NCBI RefSeq assembly: GCF_963853765.1
Contig: NC_088854.1
Span: 25,482,001 to 25,546,000, forward strand
Length of the DNA stretch: 64,000 nt
Direction: 5' to 3'
Source of the DNA: Magallana gigas
Taxonomy: Eukaryota
Positions 48,203-61,080 of this stretch are shown one piece after another. Within the stretch, counting starts at the first letter, position 1. Each line of letters opens with the position of its first letter. The notes under the pieces were generated by a model. It was not told the DNA's origin. It saw only the letters and a program-made list of their open reading frames with translations, and did not search any database. The position numbers and the translations under genes are program-made.

Positions 48203-51200
48203 TCAGTACCTCTTTTTCTTCACAATATCTGGTCGCCAATTAATGGGATGTGTTTCTTCCGTCTAAAATAAAATATGATAATGCTGATTTAAACTCCCCA
48301 AAAAAACATCATAAATTCACTTCACAAATATTGGGCATTTTAATACAAATTTAAATTTTTAAATCAAAAATGAACACGTCAGGTAGATACTAGAAGTATA
48401 ATGGTCTGAGAAACTGAAGGTGAAACCTACTCTTTCATTGCTTTACTGGTACTAGTTCCATTACTTTAATATTGAAACTTACTTAAATACTTACATTTTT
48501 GTAACTTTATATAAAATACATGTATAACCACTTACTGCAGATTCATCTTCCTTGTAAATCTTGATGGTCTTGTCAGCTTCCGTTGCCAGGAGACGGCTGC
48601 CACTCCGGTCAAAGGTCATAGAGAAGATTCCAGACTCTGAATCAATGGATCCAGGCTGAGCAGCTGCCTGGACTCTCTGGAAGTTGTATCCAGTTTTCCA
48701 ATCCCAGAAAAACATGGATCCATTGTCAGCTGAAAAGTTAATTATCATTTATTGTCTAAATCAGCTCTGTATAAAACTATAGGAAAGTATTCAAATCTCT
48801 AAACTTAAAATATATCAGGGTTTTTTTTTTTTAAATCAAATGATAGATTAGAATATTTGAGGCTGGATATGTTGAACATCAACCAACTTAACATGAATGT
48901 AACAGTAGTGTAAATGGAAGAGGTGAAAAAAATCAATCATGTACTATCTCTAAAATGATCCTTTTGACTTCAAAATCCACTGAAATAAGCAATTTTGCTG
49001 AAAAATCAGATCTCTGATATTTGGGAATTTACTTAAGTTTTTTGCTTGATATTGTCATGTACCAGATTCCGAATATAATTTTTCTTAAAAACAAACAAAA
49101 ACAATCTTTGTTCTAGCAAACCAAGTTCCCACTGCAATTATTTGTGCGTGAAGTCTAAGTGAAATACAACATTTTTTCAATATTCCTTGAAAAAAAAATC
49201 TTTTACCAGATATAATTAACTTGAAAAAAAAAAGAAAAAAAATATATTTCAAACTTCCATTACAATGGTAAACCGTAAATGAAACAAACAAAAACGTAAG
49301 CAGATCTATATAACTGATAATACTGTTACATTACAAGAGAATTTCAATAAAATCACTCAGTGATTACACTGTACTTTACAATGAAAAAGAAATCGCTAGT
49401 CTTTATGAGTGCCTACCTCCAGAAACAAGGACGCCATCTGCATTACTGGCTAGAGCATTCACGATGGCGTTGTGACCAGAGAGATTTTGTACGAAGTCTC
49501 CATTGGGGAATTTCCATTGCTTGATGTTGTCAGGTGAGGCGGAAGCAAATGTGTACCTGCAAGGTGTTACATTCACAAATATATTCATCTAATTTTGGAC
49601 TTAATTGACTGAAGCACATGGATTACTAGCATATAAAGACTATCTTATTTTTATATCCTAGATTTGCAGATTATTTTAGTATTGTGAAGCGTATGTGAAA
49701 TCCATTACAGGTATTACATAGCATAATCTTTATAATTGATCCCAAAACATCCTCCAATTTTTTCAATATAATTATATAAATGGAATAAGAGGAAACTTAC
49801 AGCTTTGGATGGAGCGAGAGTGCCCGCACACTTCGCTTGTGGTTGGTGAGTGTGACCCTTGACCTTCCCATGGCAAGGTCCCACAATCTGATGGTGCAGT
49901 CATGGCTACCTGTGATTACCTGTCAAAGAATCAGAGTCATTACAAAATAATAGCACCTACTACATGTACATATCAAAATGAGCTGTTCTGATAAGCAGTT
50001 ACTATGATGATTTAACTTAATTTCTATACATGCAAGTTATATAATAATGCAAAGTTAAGTGTGATTTTGTCCATCATTAGTACATCACGTTTTTACGATA
50101 CTCAGTATTTCAAAGTGGTCACTCAGAAGTTATCAATACCTGGGGCTCTGCTGCCTGACACCTGACCTCAGCCACCGTGTTATTGTGGCCGACCAGTGTA
50201 TGGACACAGGCCTTGGTCCTGATGTCCCACACCCTGGCTGACCCGTCCCTCCCACAGGTCAGCAACACGTCTATCGTGGGGTGGAGATCCATGGAGTACA
50301 CAGCACTCAGGTGACCGTGATAGTGCCTGATGGTCTAAAATAGGAAAAATTATTAAAACTCATTTTATAAGATTGATTAAGCAGCTGAATTCTAAGAATT
50401 GTAATAATGCATACTTTGTTATACTCCAAATCCCAGCATCGAACCATTTTGTCTTCTCCACAGGAGAACAGATATGGCTGTCTTTGACTGACCTTGACCC
50501 CTCTCACAGTGCTGACATGTCCAGTCAAGGACAATTTTAGAGTTCCACTGGCCAAATCCCAGATCTAATGTAGAAGATGGATAAAAAGCAAGCACAGAAC
50601 CATCAAAATAATGATAGATGATGTAATATATATACTTGTATCTTAATAAACCAGTTTATGACTGTAGCAATGATACATATAAAACTATTACATAAATAGT
50701 TTGAGAAAAACTTTTTTATCCATGTAAGATAAGAAGTTGTTTTTCTTAGTGTGACATAGAGGATATGATAAGATATTATTAACTTATTGACACAATACTG
50801 CAATGCACATATCTGATATCAGTTGGAGAATATCTTAACAATTGTACCTTAATAACTCGATCAGCAGCCCCAGTCACAAACCACTGGTTTCCTGGCTCAA
50901 CATCAATGCACCGAACCCAGCCAAGATGACCACTTATAACCTTATGAAATACAAGAAAATGGACATCACAAATCATACATTACTAATCAGACATCATCTT
51001 TATTTAAACAGAGGAATTAGTTTACTGGTAAAAATGAGGTTGTGATTTTTTGTTTAAAACAAATACAATGTTTAAAAAAAAATTATATAATAATACTCTC
51101 AAAATTGTTATAATTGTCTTTTACTGTGAACAATTGACCATTTAGTAAGTACAAATCACCACATGTGTCTACAATTGTGCTCATATCATACATGTATGAT

Positions 51201-52779
51201 TTAAGTTAAAACACAGATAACTCATGTATTTACCCTATAGAGTTTCCAAGGTGGATGCCAGATGGGTTTGGGCATTGTCATTGCCTTCTTTGGAACCAAA
51301 GCTTGTTGATTTCCTATCGAAACTAATGCCTGCAAAGAAAACCATGAAACTTAAGTGATTTAACAAAAACTTGAAATTCATAATACATGTACTAAATAGA
51401 TTTTTTTATCAATGTGATACTTTCTTATCTCGAACATCAATATCTCAAACACCATGAGTTCTTTTCATTGATCTAAGTTGGTTTTTTTTTTTATTTTCAC
51501 TGTACATGTAATATTTTGAATCTTTGTATTTTCACAAAAATATTTTTAATTTTTGTATTTTTGAAGTAATACTCTGAATTCTCAAAGTTTTTTTTTGCTA
51601 TGGAGATAACACAGTTTGTCTGTAATTCTATGAAAATATGAAAATATTACTTCATGTACTTCATCTTATTAAGGATACAGAAAACGTTACTTTCTCTAGC
51701 AACATATTACAGGTACCATAATATTGCATATCATACATTTCATTTAAGGGCCTCATCTGGCACTTGGCAGATACATATCAACTCCTATAAACTTAAATTG
51801 CTTAAATTAACTTTTACTTTAATGAACAAAATATTAACAAACCTTTGATGGGTCAGACTTATCATGATGGGCTCTTATATCATGCATACTTGCACCTGCT
51901 GGAACATCCTTGTTTCTACACGAATTAGAAAAGATTATAGATAATGATACAGTACCTACATCATAACGATGGTTCACACTGACAAAAACTTTGATTTCTG
52001 AACAGGTACATGTATATGCTACACACACACAAAAAAAAATCAGAAATATGATCTATCTACATCTTAACATTTAATCTCTGCTTAAAATTGAACAACCAGT
52101 GGTTTACAGCTTGTGAAATAATAATGTTACCTGTTTTTGTCATAAGCAACCATTTCCATCTGACCAGTTTGACTGGGATCTGTCTGCATCATTGTGCCAT
52201 CACTTAACTGAACACCTGAATAGGAATGATGCATTTTAAATTATTCAAGAAGTTTTTTAGATGATGTTAAAGAATATAAGTGCCAATCAAAAAAACTAAT
52301 ATGAATTTACTCTCTATTCATACAAACTCTTTTCATCAATCACTATGGTGCATATTGTAAAACATGATTTACCTGGTCCAGAAGGATACGGGTGTGTGCC
52401 TTGAATGGATGTCCCATTTTCTACAGAATATAATTCCAGCTTAAGTACCTTACATTTATGATAAAGATTACAGCTTCTCTCTTTTTGCATTACATAGCTA
52501 TGGGTGAAGAACTATTAGAATTATTTTTTTGGCCTATATTTGCAAACTTTTTTCTGCTTAAGACTTCATTACAACACATAAAACTGAAATACTGAAATGT
52601 AAGGTGACAAAAAGAAGCCCAACCTTGCCACATGCCATCTTTATACGGCTCTATGACACTGCCATGACTCTTTTTCTGTCCTTCCTTTGGCAAGTCCTTC
52701 ACAAGTCCATACTCATCTGATAGTTTTATTTTCCTTTTTAATTCATCACTGAAATGAGAGTAGTAAAGAAATTAACATA

Positions 52780-52811
<32 letters not shown>

Positions 52812-53842
52812 TTGTCTCTTTCCATTTAGCCATACCTTTTGGTATCCCTTTCTGGTGTTATACCCTGTTCTGATAAGAACATGTCATGTGTTCTCTTCAG
52901 GGATCTGAACACCAGTGTGTGGACAGAATGCTTCTGAACTTCCTTCAATGACAAAATAAATATATTAGTTGTCAAAGAACATACCGGTACTATTAATTTA
53001 AGTTAGTATCATTCGCATAATAATATGGTATCAAACTGTTTATAATAATATACATATATGTACAGAACTTGGATTTAGATATTAAAGTAAGATATTGTCT
53101 GCAGTCAATTTCCAAGACTAATCTAGTACAGTTTTAGTTACTACCAATATCTGGTATCTTTTCCTATTGAAATGTTAAGAGGGTTCATAAACGAATATTA
53201 AAAAGGTTTTAGTCATTTTTTTTTTCATTTTTTTTTGGGGGGGGCACTCTTTTGATTAAAAAAAACCCCATTTATTACATCATATGGAACAAAGGGACCA
53301 CATGAGGCTGTTTCCAATTTTGGTGAAGCTATTAGAAAATGAAATGGAGTCAGCAAATCTAAGATAATGCTCTGCTTTTTACTGAAGCAATTAGGCATTT
53401 ATAATAATAAGTTAACTACCCATTTGGGGAATAATATCCCAACCATGCTTATATAATGCTTTAACTAGTTTAGACTTTTGGTCCCAACCTGATAATAAAA
53501 ACATAAAGTGTTTGGGCAGAGACATAATTAATATTTGTTTATTTGTCTCTGGTTTGGGACCTGATAATGTAAAAATAAAGTGATTTCCTAATTAAACTGT
53601 GAAATACTATTATATGCCACACATTCATTTTCTTTACAATTCACATTTCAGCATGTCACGATGAACAGATTTACTCATTTAGGGGGCTTGGTTTACAAAC
53701 AATAAAACACCGAACGAAAAAATTTTGAAAACTTTGGCGAAACTGCACCTTCGTCTGGGATAAAAAATGGATACAATTTTCATAAAAATGACAGTAATTG
53801 TGATTAAATAAAGCCTAAGATCCAATCATTTACCTCTGTCAT
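48203..53842 (-). CDS. PLRG1: Pleiotropic regulator 1 (Prp46 homolog, WD40 spliceosomal NTC subunit, 497 aa)
   Basis: 14 exons: 53842-53834, 52942-52836, 52748-52624, 52420-52373, 52215-52131, 51915-51843, 51329-51234, 50940-50848, 50564-50415, 50334-50140, 49919-49801, 49556-49417, 48729-48536, 48262-48203 (1494 nt). Diagnostic stretches: [57 protein letters not shown]. Confidence 0.96.
52780..52804. repeat. (TC)n microsatellite inside an 87-nt PLRG1 intron
   Basis: Run of about 12 units between exons 52942-52836 and 52748-52624. Confidence 0.95.
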
Positions 53843-54083
53843 TGTGAAAAAGATTAAAATTTCGTATACAATCAAAAAGTTGAAAAATCGTGGTGGCGCA
53901 GATTTACATTATATCGTTCACAAAACGTTTCTGCGTTTTGATGAACAGATCGTACGTAAATTGTTTCGTAAGTAGAGGTGAAATGGCGGGAAGTATGAAC
54001 ACGTCTGCTATGTTCGCAGACGAGAAGTGCATAGAACGCTCCCCAATATGAAATGATGTTATTTTCACCATTATAACCTCAAG
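53843..54083. promoter_or_regulatory. Bidirectional promoter PLRG1/MCMDC2 plus putative non-coding first exon of MCMDC2
   Basis: Divergent ATGs are 570 bp apart. The interval is CpG-enriched relative to its flanks and has AAATGGCGGGAAGT at 53981-53994 (YY1-like and E2F-like). Donor AAG|GTAAAC at 54083/54084 and acceptor at 54352-54353. Confidence 0.65.
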
Positions 54084-54412
54084 GTAAACCGTGTTGTTAT
54101 GTAATGGTACTGAAATTAATATTTATTTCAGTTTTATCATTCTGAATGCCTAATTATAAACAGAGACATACTAGGGCGCTTATGTCTCTGTTAGGCCTAT
54201 AATATAACCTGTTTTTCCATAATGAATCGATTTCTTTTATGTAACGTTAATTGAATAAAGTGTAACTTAATTTATACCAGCCTATTCCCGTGAATGGGTA
54301 TGGGCAGTGATTGCTTAATAAGTATCAGAAATTTAATATGAAATTTTCTCCAGGCTTCTATAAAGGAAAAGGGGAGGGAACTGCTAAGTACCCTGCTAAG
54401 CAGCTCTGGGCC

Positions 54413-57400
54413 ATGGAAGATTCACTCAGTCTTTTTGAAGATGCTGTGCACTATTTGGATATCAGTGGAAACTTGAAAATTATCAAAGAAACAGCTTGGA
54501 AATTCAAAAAATTAGCAATGGTAAGAGCGTGTCTATCAGTTTATAGATTTACATTACTGATTATACTCTGTCCCAAGATATTTTGAATTCACGTTTGGCT
54601 TAATTGTTTGATATTTATAAATACCTCAGGATTCAAATGATGTTCATTCAAAAGTATGAAAAATTTCCAAGATTTCTCATTCAAAACGCCCCTGTTAGCA
54701 TATCAGGTTTCAATACAATGCTAAAAAATGTGATGTCTACAGAGATTTTGCATTGCAGCAAGCCCGGATGATAACGTTGAAATATTGCGCGATGTATTCC
54801 GAGTGTATTCCGAATGGAGAAAAGATGTAAACATTCCCCATTATAAATCTCCGTAAGGAATCTGTTTTCGTTCCTGTGAATTTTTCTTGCCAAAGCATTG
54901 TTGAGTAATTTTTCATTAATAATTTTTAAGTGCTGATAAAAAGACATAAAATTGTACTGGCAAGAAATGGAATTTGGCGATCGAGTACTGGTTGCACACC
55001 AGTAGAACTTGTATTTGACAGCTAGGGAGCTGCAAGTTGAATGCAGAATTTAAATGTTAACAGGGGTTGAAATATATGGTAGCCCGACGCCCGGGGCTAG
55101 TCAGTTTAAAACTTGGGCATGCTCTTTTTTACCAACTGATAGTCCATCGGGCTAGCAAATCAGGGGATTCAGAACTGTATTATGATATGAATAAAGTTTA
55201 AACATAAAATGTGTTATCTCTGAGAAGAATTTATTTCAAAATGTATTAAACAGCTGTAATTGTGTTATACATATATTTTTATTTTGCATCTTAAAATGGA
55301 GTCCGGTCAAGTCGTACACAGACCAACTCGTACACAGGTCAACTCGTATACAAAAATTTCCGTATAAACAACCAAAAATCAGCTAGTATACAAAAATTCC
55401 CGGTGTGTTTAACCGAAAGTCAACTTGTATACAAAAATTTCATATGCCTTTATAATTTATGTCAAATATTAAATATGATAATAAATATAACAAATGCTGC
55501 ATGCCAGTCATGAGTCAAATATTCTTACAACAGATGATGTATTTAAGAAAATATTATATAATATGTTACAGCAAAAGATGACTTTCATTGTCTAGAACGG
55601 TGATTAGTATAGGCTAACGTTAATGACTCAAAAATACCTTGTATACGAGCTGACTTTTGTTTTTTTATGCGGAAATGTTTGTATACGAGTTGACCTGTAT
55701 ACGAGTTGGTCTGTGTACGACTTGACTGTAAATCCTTAAAATGGTTGGGCTAGCTGATTTCAGCTTTGGGCTTGAAATTTTTTACTGACTAGTAGCCCCT
55801 GGGCTAGTGAGTTTTCCTGGAATATTTCAACCCCTGGTTAAAATGGGGGAGGGTTATTTATATTTCTGTTAGTCTGATTTCCCTGCCTTATTCATGTTAT
55901 TATTGTATCTACATTCACATGTGTGTAAGATAAACTTGTTTTTTTTACTGGGGGTTTTTTTTTTGGCAAAGAAAGAACCTTGATTGGTTCAAAGGTACAG
56001 TAACGACTAGACTTATAACCCAATGATCCTGAGCAGATCCACAACATGCAGCCACAAATTTTTAAAAAGCAAACACATTAAAGCAGCTTTTGGGGTCTGC
56101 TTAAAGCCTTTGGTGTTAGGTTGTGTCTGGTCAGTACTATAGATTAGTGTACATACCATTACAGGCATATGACCTCATTTGTTAGAGATGTTGTGGAACT
56201 TTGTCCATTTAACTAATGATATTATAGATAAATAATTATTAGACAATAATGAGCAAGATTTTTAAAAGCATGCAGATAATTTCTGCTTGATATAAAGATA
56301 TATATTTTTTGATATGATAAAACATATCCTTAAAAATTTGTTATTAATAGGGGCATATATAGACAATACATGAACTGGCATGTCCTTGATTAGACCCTAC
56401 AAGATATGTAGTCTCTTGTATTATTTTGAAGGTACTAGAACATTTACCAAGCGTAGCTAACATGTAGTTACATAAATCAATGTCAACATGCATTCAAATT
56501 AACACACATTGCATAGTTGATTTGACTAGAAGAAAGTAACTGGGCAAGATGGACAAATTTTTGTTTTATATTTTTTTTTTCGTATTACATGTATATGGTT
56601 TTATTTAATATCCCTTATTATTTTCTGATTTCTAGGAGCTGTTGGTGTACAGATTTGACATTACTGTCAATGTTATAGATCTAATGGAATTGAGTGGTAC
56701 GTGGTTCTTAGATATTAATTTCTGATGAGTGATCACAGGGTAATTTTTGCCCCATTAAATTTTAGCCCTTTTACACTTGCAGACAGATTTGCCCCGTCTT
56801 GAATTCACAAAGACACAGTTGTTTTTTAAGAGATATACGGTAATTTGAGACGTTGGATTTTGTCCAGTTTTAAATTCACCCGCTGACCACAAGGGCAAAA
56901 AGGGAAGAAAAAAAAAAGGAGCAAATATTTCCCTGTATACAGTTATCTGAAAATAGCTTATCATGTACAACATTTTGTTAAACATGACATACAGATTTCA
57001 ATATTAATGCAGGAAGCTATTTATAGCATAATTTATGTAGTTTTATCTTGAATTCATGTGTAGTGTAAAAAAATCCATCTTTTCTACCAAGTCAGGGTTG
57101 TGTGATTACAAAACCTTGACATTGTGAAGATGAAAATATTCAGGGCTTGCACTCAATGTTATCCCACAATCATTTTGGTCCCTGTAAACTTAATTGGACT
57201 GGTGTTTCTAAAACTATGAAACAAACAAATTAGTCTTGCGGTTCTTTCCATTGTTGGAAATTCACAATTGATTATGATTTGTTTCTCTCATCAGAGAAGC
57301 TCACAATTGAATACGCTTTGTTCCTCCTAGGAGAAACCTAATGTTGATTACACCTCATAATTCCTCTTTTCAGAGAGGAACAAACTGTAATCAACGACAA

Positions 57401-60400
57401 GATTTCTGACAATGCGTTCGTACATAACAGGGAAAAAATTATTTCAAAAGCAAGTGTAGTAAATTTTTATTCTTACAGTTTCCCTTGGACATCTTCTTCT
57501 GTACCATCCCATCAAAGCTAATGCATTGTTCCAACAGGTAAGTATATGTAAAAGTAACATTCTTTGCTAATTAAACATTAACCTATATGTATTTGTCTTA
57601 ATATATCTGTAGTCTGTAAAGGATTATGCATTTTTCGCCCCCAAAATTTAAGTATTTTGAATTAAGGGCTTCAAATATATGGTGGCAGATAGTTGAAATC
57701 ATATTGAAAATAAGTGCGTAAAAGTTTATCACCACAGTGACGTCATAATGTAGAAATGACGTCATGAAAATTGTCTTACCTTGATAAATTGATGTTTTGC
57801 AGCAAAATAAGGGTGTTTTCCAATGGTTTTTCGACTTGGAAACATCGAGCGCAGGCTTACTGAAGTACCATTTTTTAGTATAATGTGTATAATTATAGGA
57901 AGAAAAACATACAATAAAATTGTACTTGAGCAGACCTGCGCTCTATACTTCTGAATGCAAAAAATGAAGAAAAAATGACAATATTTGCATTTTTTTTTGC
58001 AAAATTGCGGGAATTGGGTCATTTAGGTGACGTCATCGATAAACAGCGAATTAGTAATGATGACTAAAATCAAGATAAAAGTGATAGGCATCCTCTGTAC
58101 AATGATTTATGGAGCATTGATTTTTAAATGACACTACTCAAAAATTGGTTAAATTTTGGGGCAGCTATTTAACCTTAACCAAATATAGTCCTTTGCATGC
58201 ACATGCCATACATAAATTTTAGTCTTCACATTTACTTGCAATATTAGTCTTTTAAATTTTGCCCCGAAAATGTAACTGCCTGTGACATTATATTTTTTTA
58301 ATTTTTGGCTTGAGAAATTGAAGATTCATTTCTTGTCATGAAAAAACCTTTTAAGGCTGTTGTGAATTCAGTGTGACCCCTGTTTTTTCTGATAAACTCT
58401 TTTTTCTGCATGCATCTTTGACGATATTAATGTTACTGATTTACAAAATGTCTGTTTCCTAGGTCATTTGTACAGCAGTATCAGAGCTCAATCTATTATC
58501 CCCCCACATTTCAGAAAATCAGATTTCTGTCAGAACAAAGCTGACATCACTGCCAAGATCTAGAGGTATGGATTGATCTATATAACATGGGTAGATTGTC
58601 TTTGATCATCAAGTGCATGTAGTGTTTTGTAGCAGTCTTAAGTGTAAAATCTTCAGTGTAAATAAAAATATATACTGTTGGATGACTGTGAATTTTCTGA
58701 GATTATTAATGCATTTCAGCAACAGAAGTTAAAACCTACAGTCAGTTGAGCTCCATGGGCCCTGGCTACATCTGCTGCACAGGTGTGATCATAGGAAAGT
58801 CCGAGACATCCAAATACACGCAAGTAGCTTACAATCCTATGTGTATCAAAATAAGCATCAATACATAACATTTGTATCCATGTAATAGAATAGATTTATA
58901 TATACAATGTTCCTAAGTTGCCTCTTGACTTTGTATAGTAATTGTCATATGGAATGGTTTTCTTTTTGTGTAATGTTTTAGTCAAAGTACCAGATACATT
59001 TGCCCAAACCAGTCTTGTGAAGGAAATGCAGGAAACCATTTCATCAGAATACATGTTCCAGGGGCTCGAGAATTTGAGACTATCAGGTAAGATCATGTTT
59101 AATCTAGCTGCATTTTGTTTTTGTATTTAGAATCTTCAATTAGATTTAAAATGTTCATAAATAATGCAATGTTGTGTCAATTTATGTTATCTCAAATTTT
59201 TTCAGTAGCACATGTATTATCGATACTCTAATATACTATTAAAATGGTCAGAAAAAGAAGTTTATCAGATTTTATAAAGAATACTGTACATTATATATTG
59301 TCTTGGAAGTGAAAAATGCAGTTTTTTACATTGTCAATCTTGGAGCATGAACATGTATAAGTACAATAATTTTTGATTAACTGTTATTCACTTTATAACT
59401 GTAGCCTATGTAATTCATGCCTTTATGAGCACAATAGTCATGCATTCTTAAAGCATATTTCTGGGTTTCTAACTTATTCAATGTCTGATTTTACAGAAAA
59501 GATTTCAAATGCAAATTTTGTGGACAGATACTGGAAGAGGTTGTATCATGCAGGCATCTTTCTGGTGAGTTACTGTTTAATACTCATATCATCACACAGA
59601 CATTTTTTTTTAGAAGAATGTTGTTTGATTTAAAAGATTTTGAACAGTTTTGACAAGAAATGATTTTATTCAATTTTATGATTACAGATCAAATGATAGC
59701 AGATATAATTCCAGAAAATTATCTGAAGAGTCACCACCAGTCGCGGTTCAAACAGCAGACAATTACATTGGTGGTGAGAGGTCTGTACATATAGGTCAAT
59801 CCAAAATATGTTACAGTGACAGAAAGAATTACTGTGATTTATAATGAATGTATAAAGTGTGAAATGTCTTTGATAGATGAATTGACAATAACTCTGAGAA
59901 TAGGACAGAAGTACACATTTATTGGAATAGTTAGAAGAGATTCCTACTCAGACAAGATGATCACTGCCATTGAGGTACCTAGGTCTCTCCCTCGCATGAA
60001 AATTTTCATTTCTCTTTTCCTCTCTGTGTACCAGTATGTTTATGTAAATTTCTATTCACTTGCAGGTTAACAGTGCTCTTGAGGTGAGTACACATATAAC
60101 TGTAGATCTTAATAAGTCTCTTTGGACATTTATTATGCCTGTGTTCTACAGGTTGTATTTTGGGGTAGGGATAATAAGGTATATTTTATAAAAATGTAAA
60201 GTAACTCTGATTTATTTGTTTAATATATGTACTGTAAAAATGGTTAATATTTATGTGTTTGGAAATGTTACACTAGTTATGCAGTACACTGCGCGCATGG
60301 TAAAAAAATCAAAACTTCAGAATGGCATGTCCGAGCATCCGTATATTTAAAACCCACTATTGTTTGACAATAGAAAATGCATACTTAACCACCAGTGAAA

Positions 60401-61028
60401 TAACCACTTTGATTTACAGTATTTTATATAAGCAGTTGTAGATTTAATCCATTCATATGAAAAACAGGATTTCATTTTAGAAAATGCAAGCATACCAAGG
60501 AGCATAGACAATTATTTCAAATGTATGTGAGTTTCAACTTCATTTTTAATCATAATCTTATATTTTATTTGGTTTATTACATTATCAAACCTTTTAACTT
60601 TCAAGTTTCATCTATTCTTTTTTTCAATTAAAGTAAAAAATAGAAACATTTCTGTACAGATAAAAGAGAGTACAGCTTTAGCAAGGTTCTTGCTTACTTT
60701 TTTGGAGGTAAATACATTCTGCTTGTATTTTCTATTCAGAGAAAGTGTGATTAAACTGAAAAAAATATTTAAAATCAGTTGTTGGGACTTCCAAATCATT
60801 TCAATTTATCCATCATGATGGTTTCTAAGATTTTGATATTTGATATGCAATAGTTATCCATACATTATCATTTTATAATTTTTGGTTGGTCATGTCTAGG
60901 TCAGATATCTGCCCCTGGAACTTTCATGAAGCTGAAATTGTCATGTTTAATAAGTTTGGCAGCAATATCAAACAAGCAGGTATAGGTTTCAAGCACAAGA
61001 AAGGAAATATAATGATTATACATATGCA

Positions 61029-61080
<52 letters not shown>

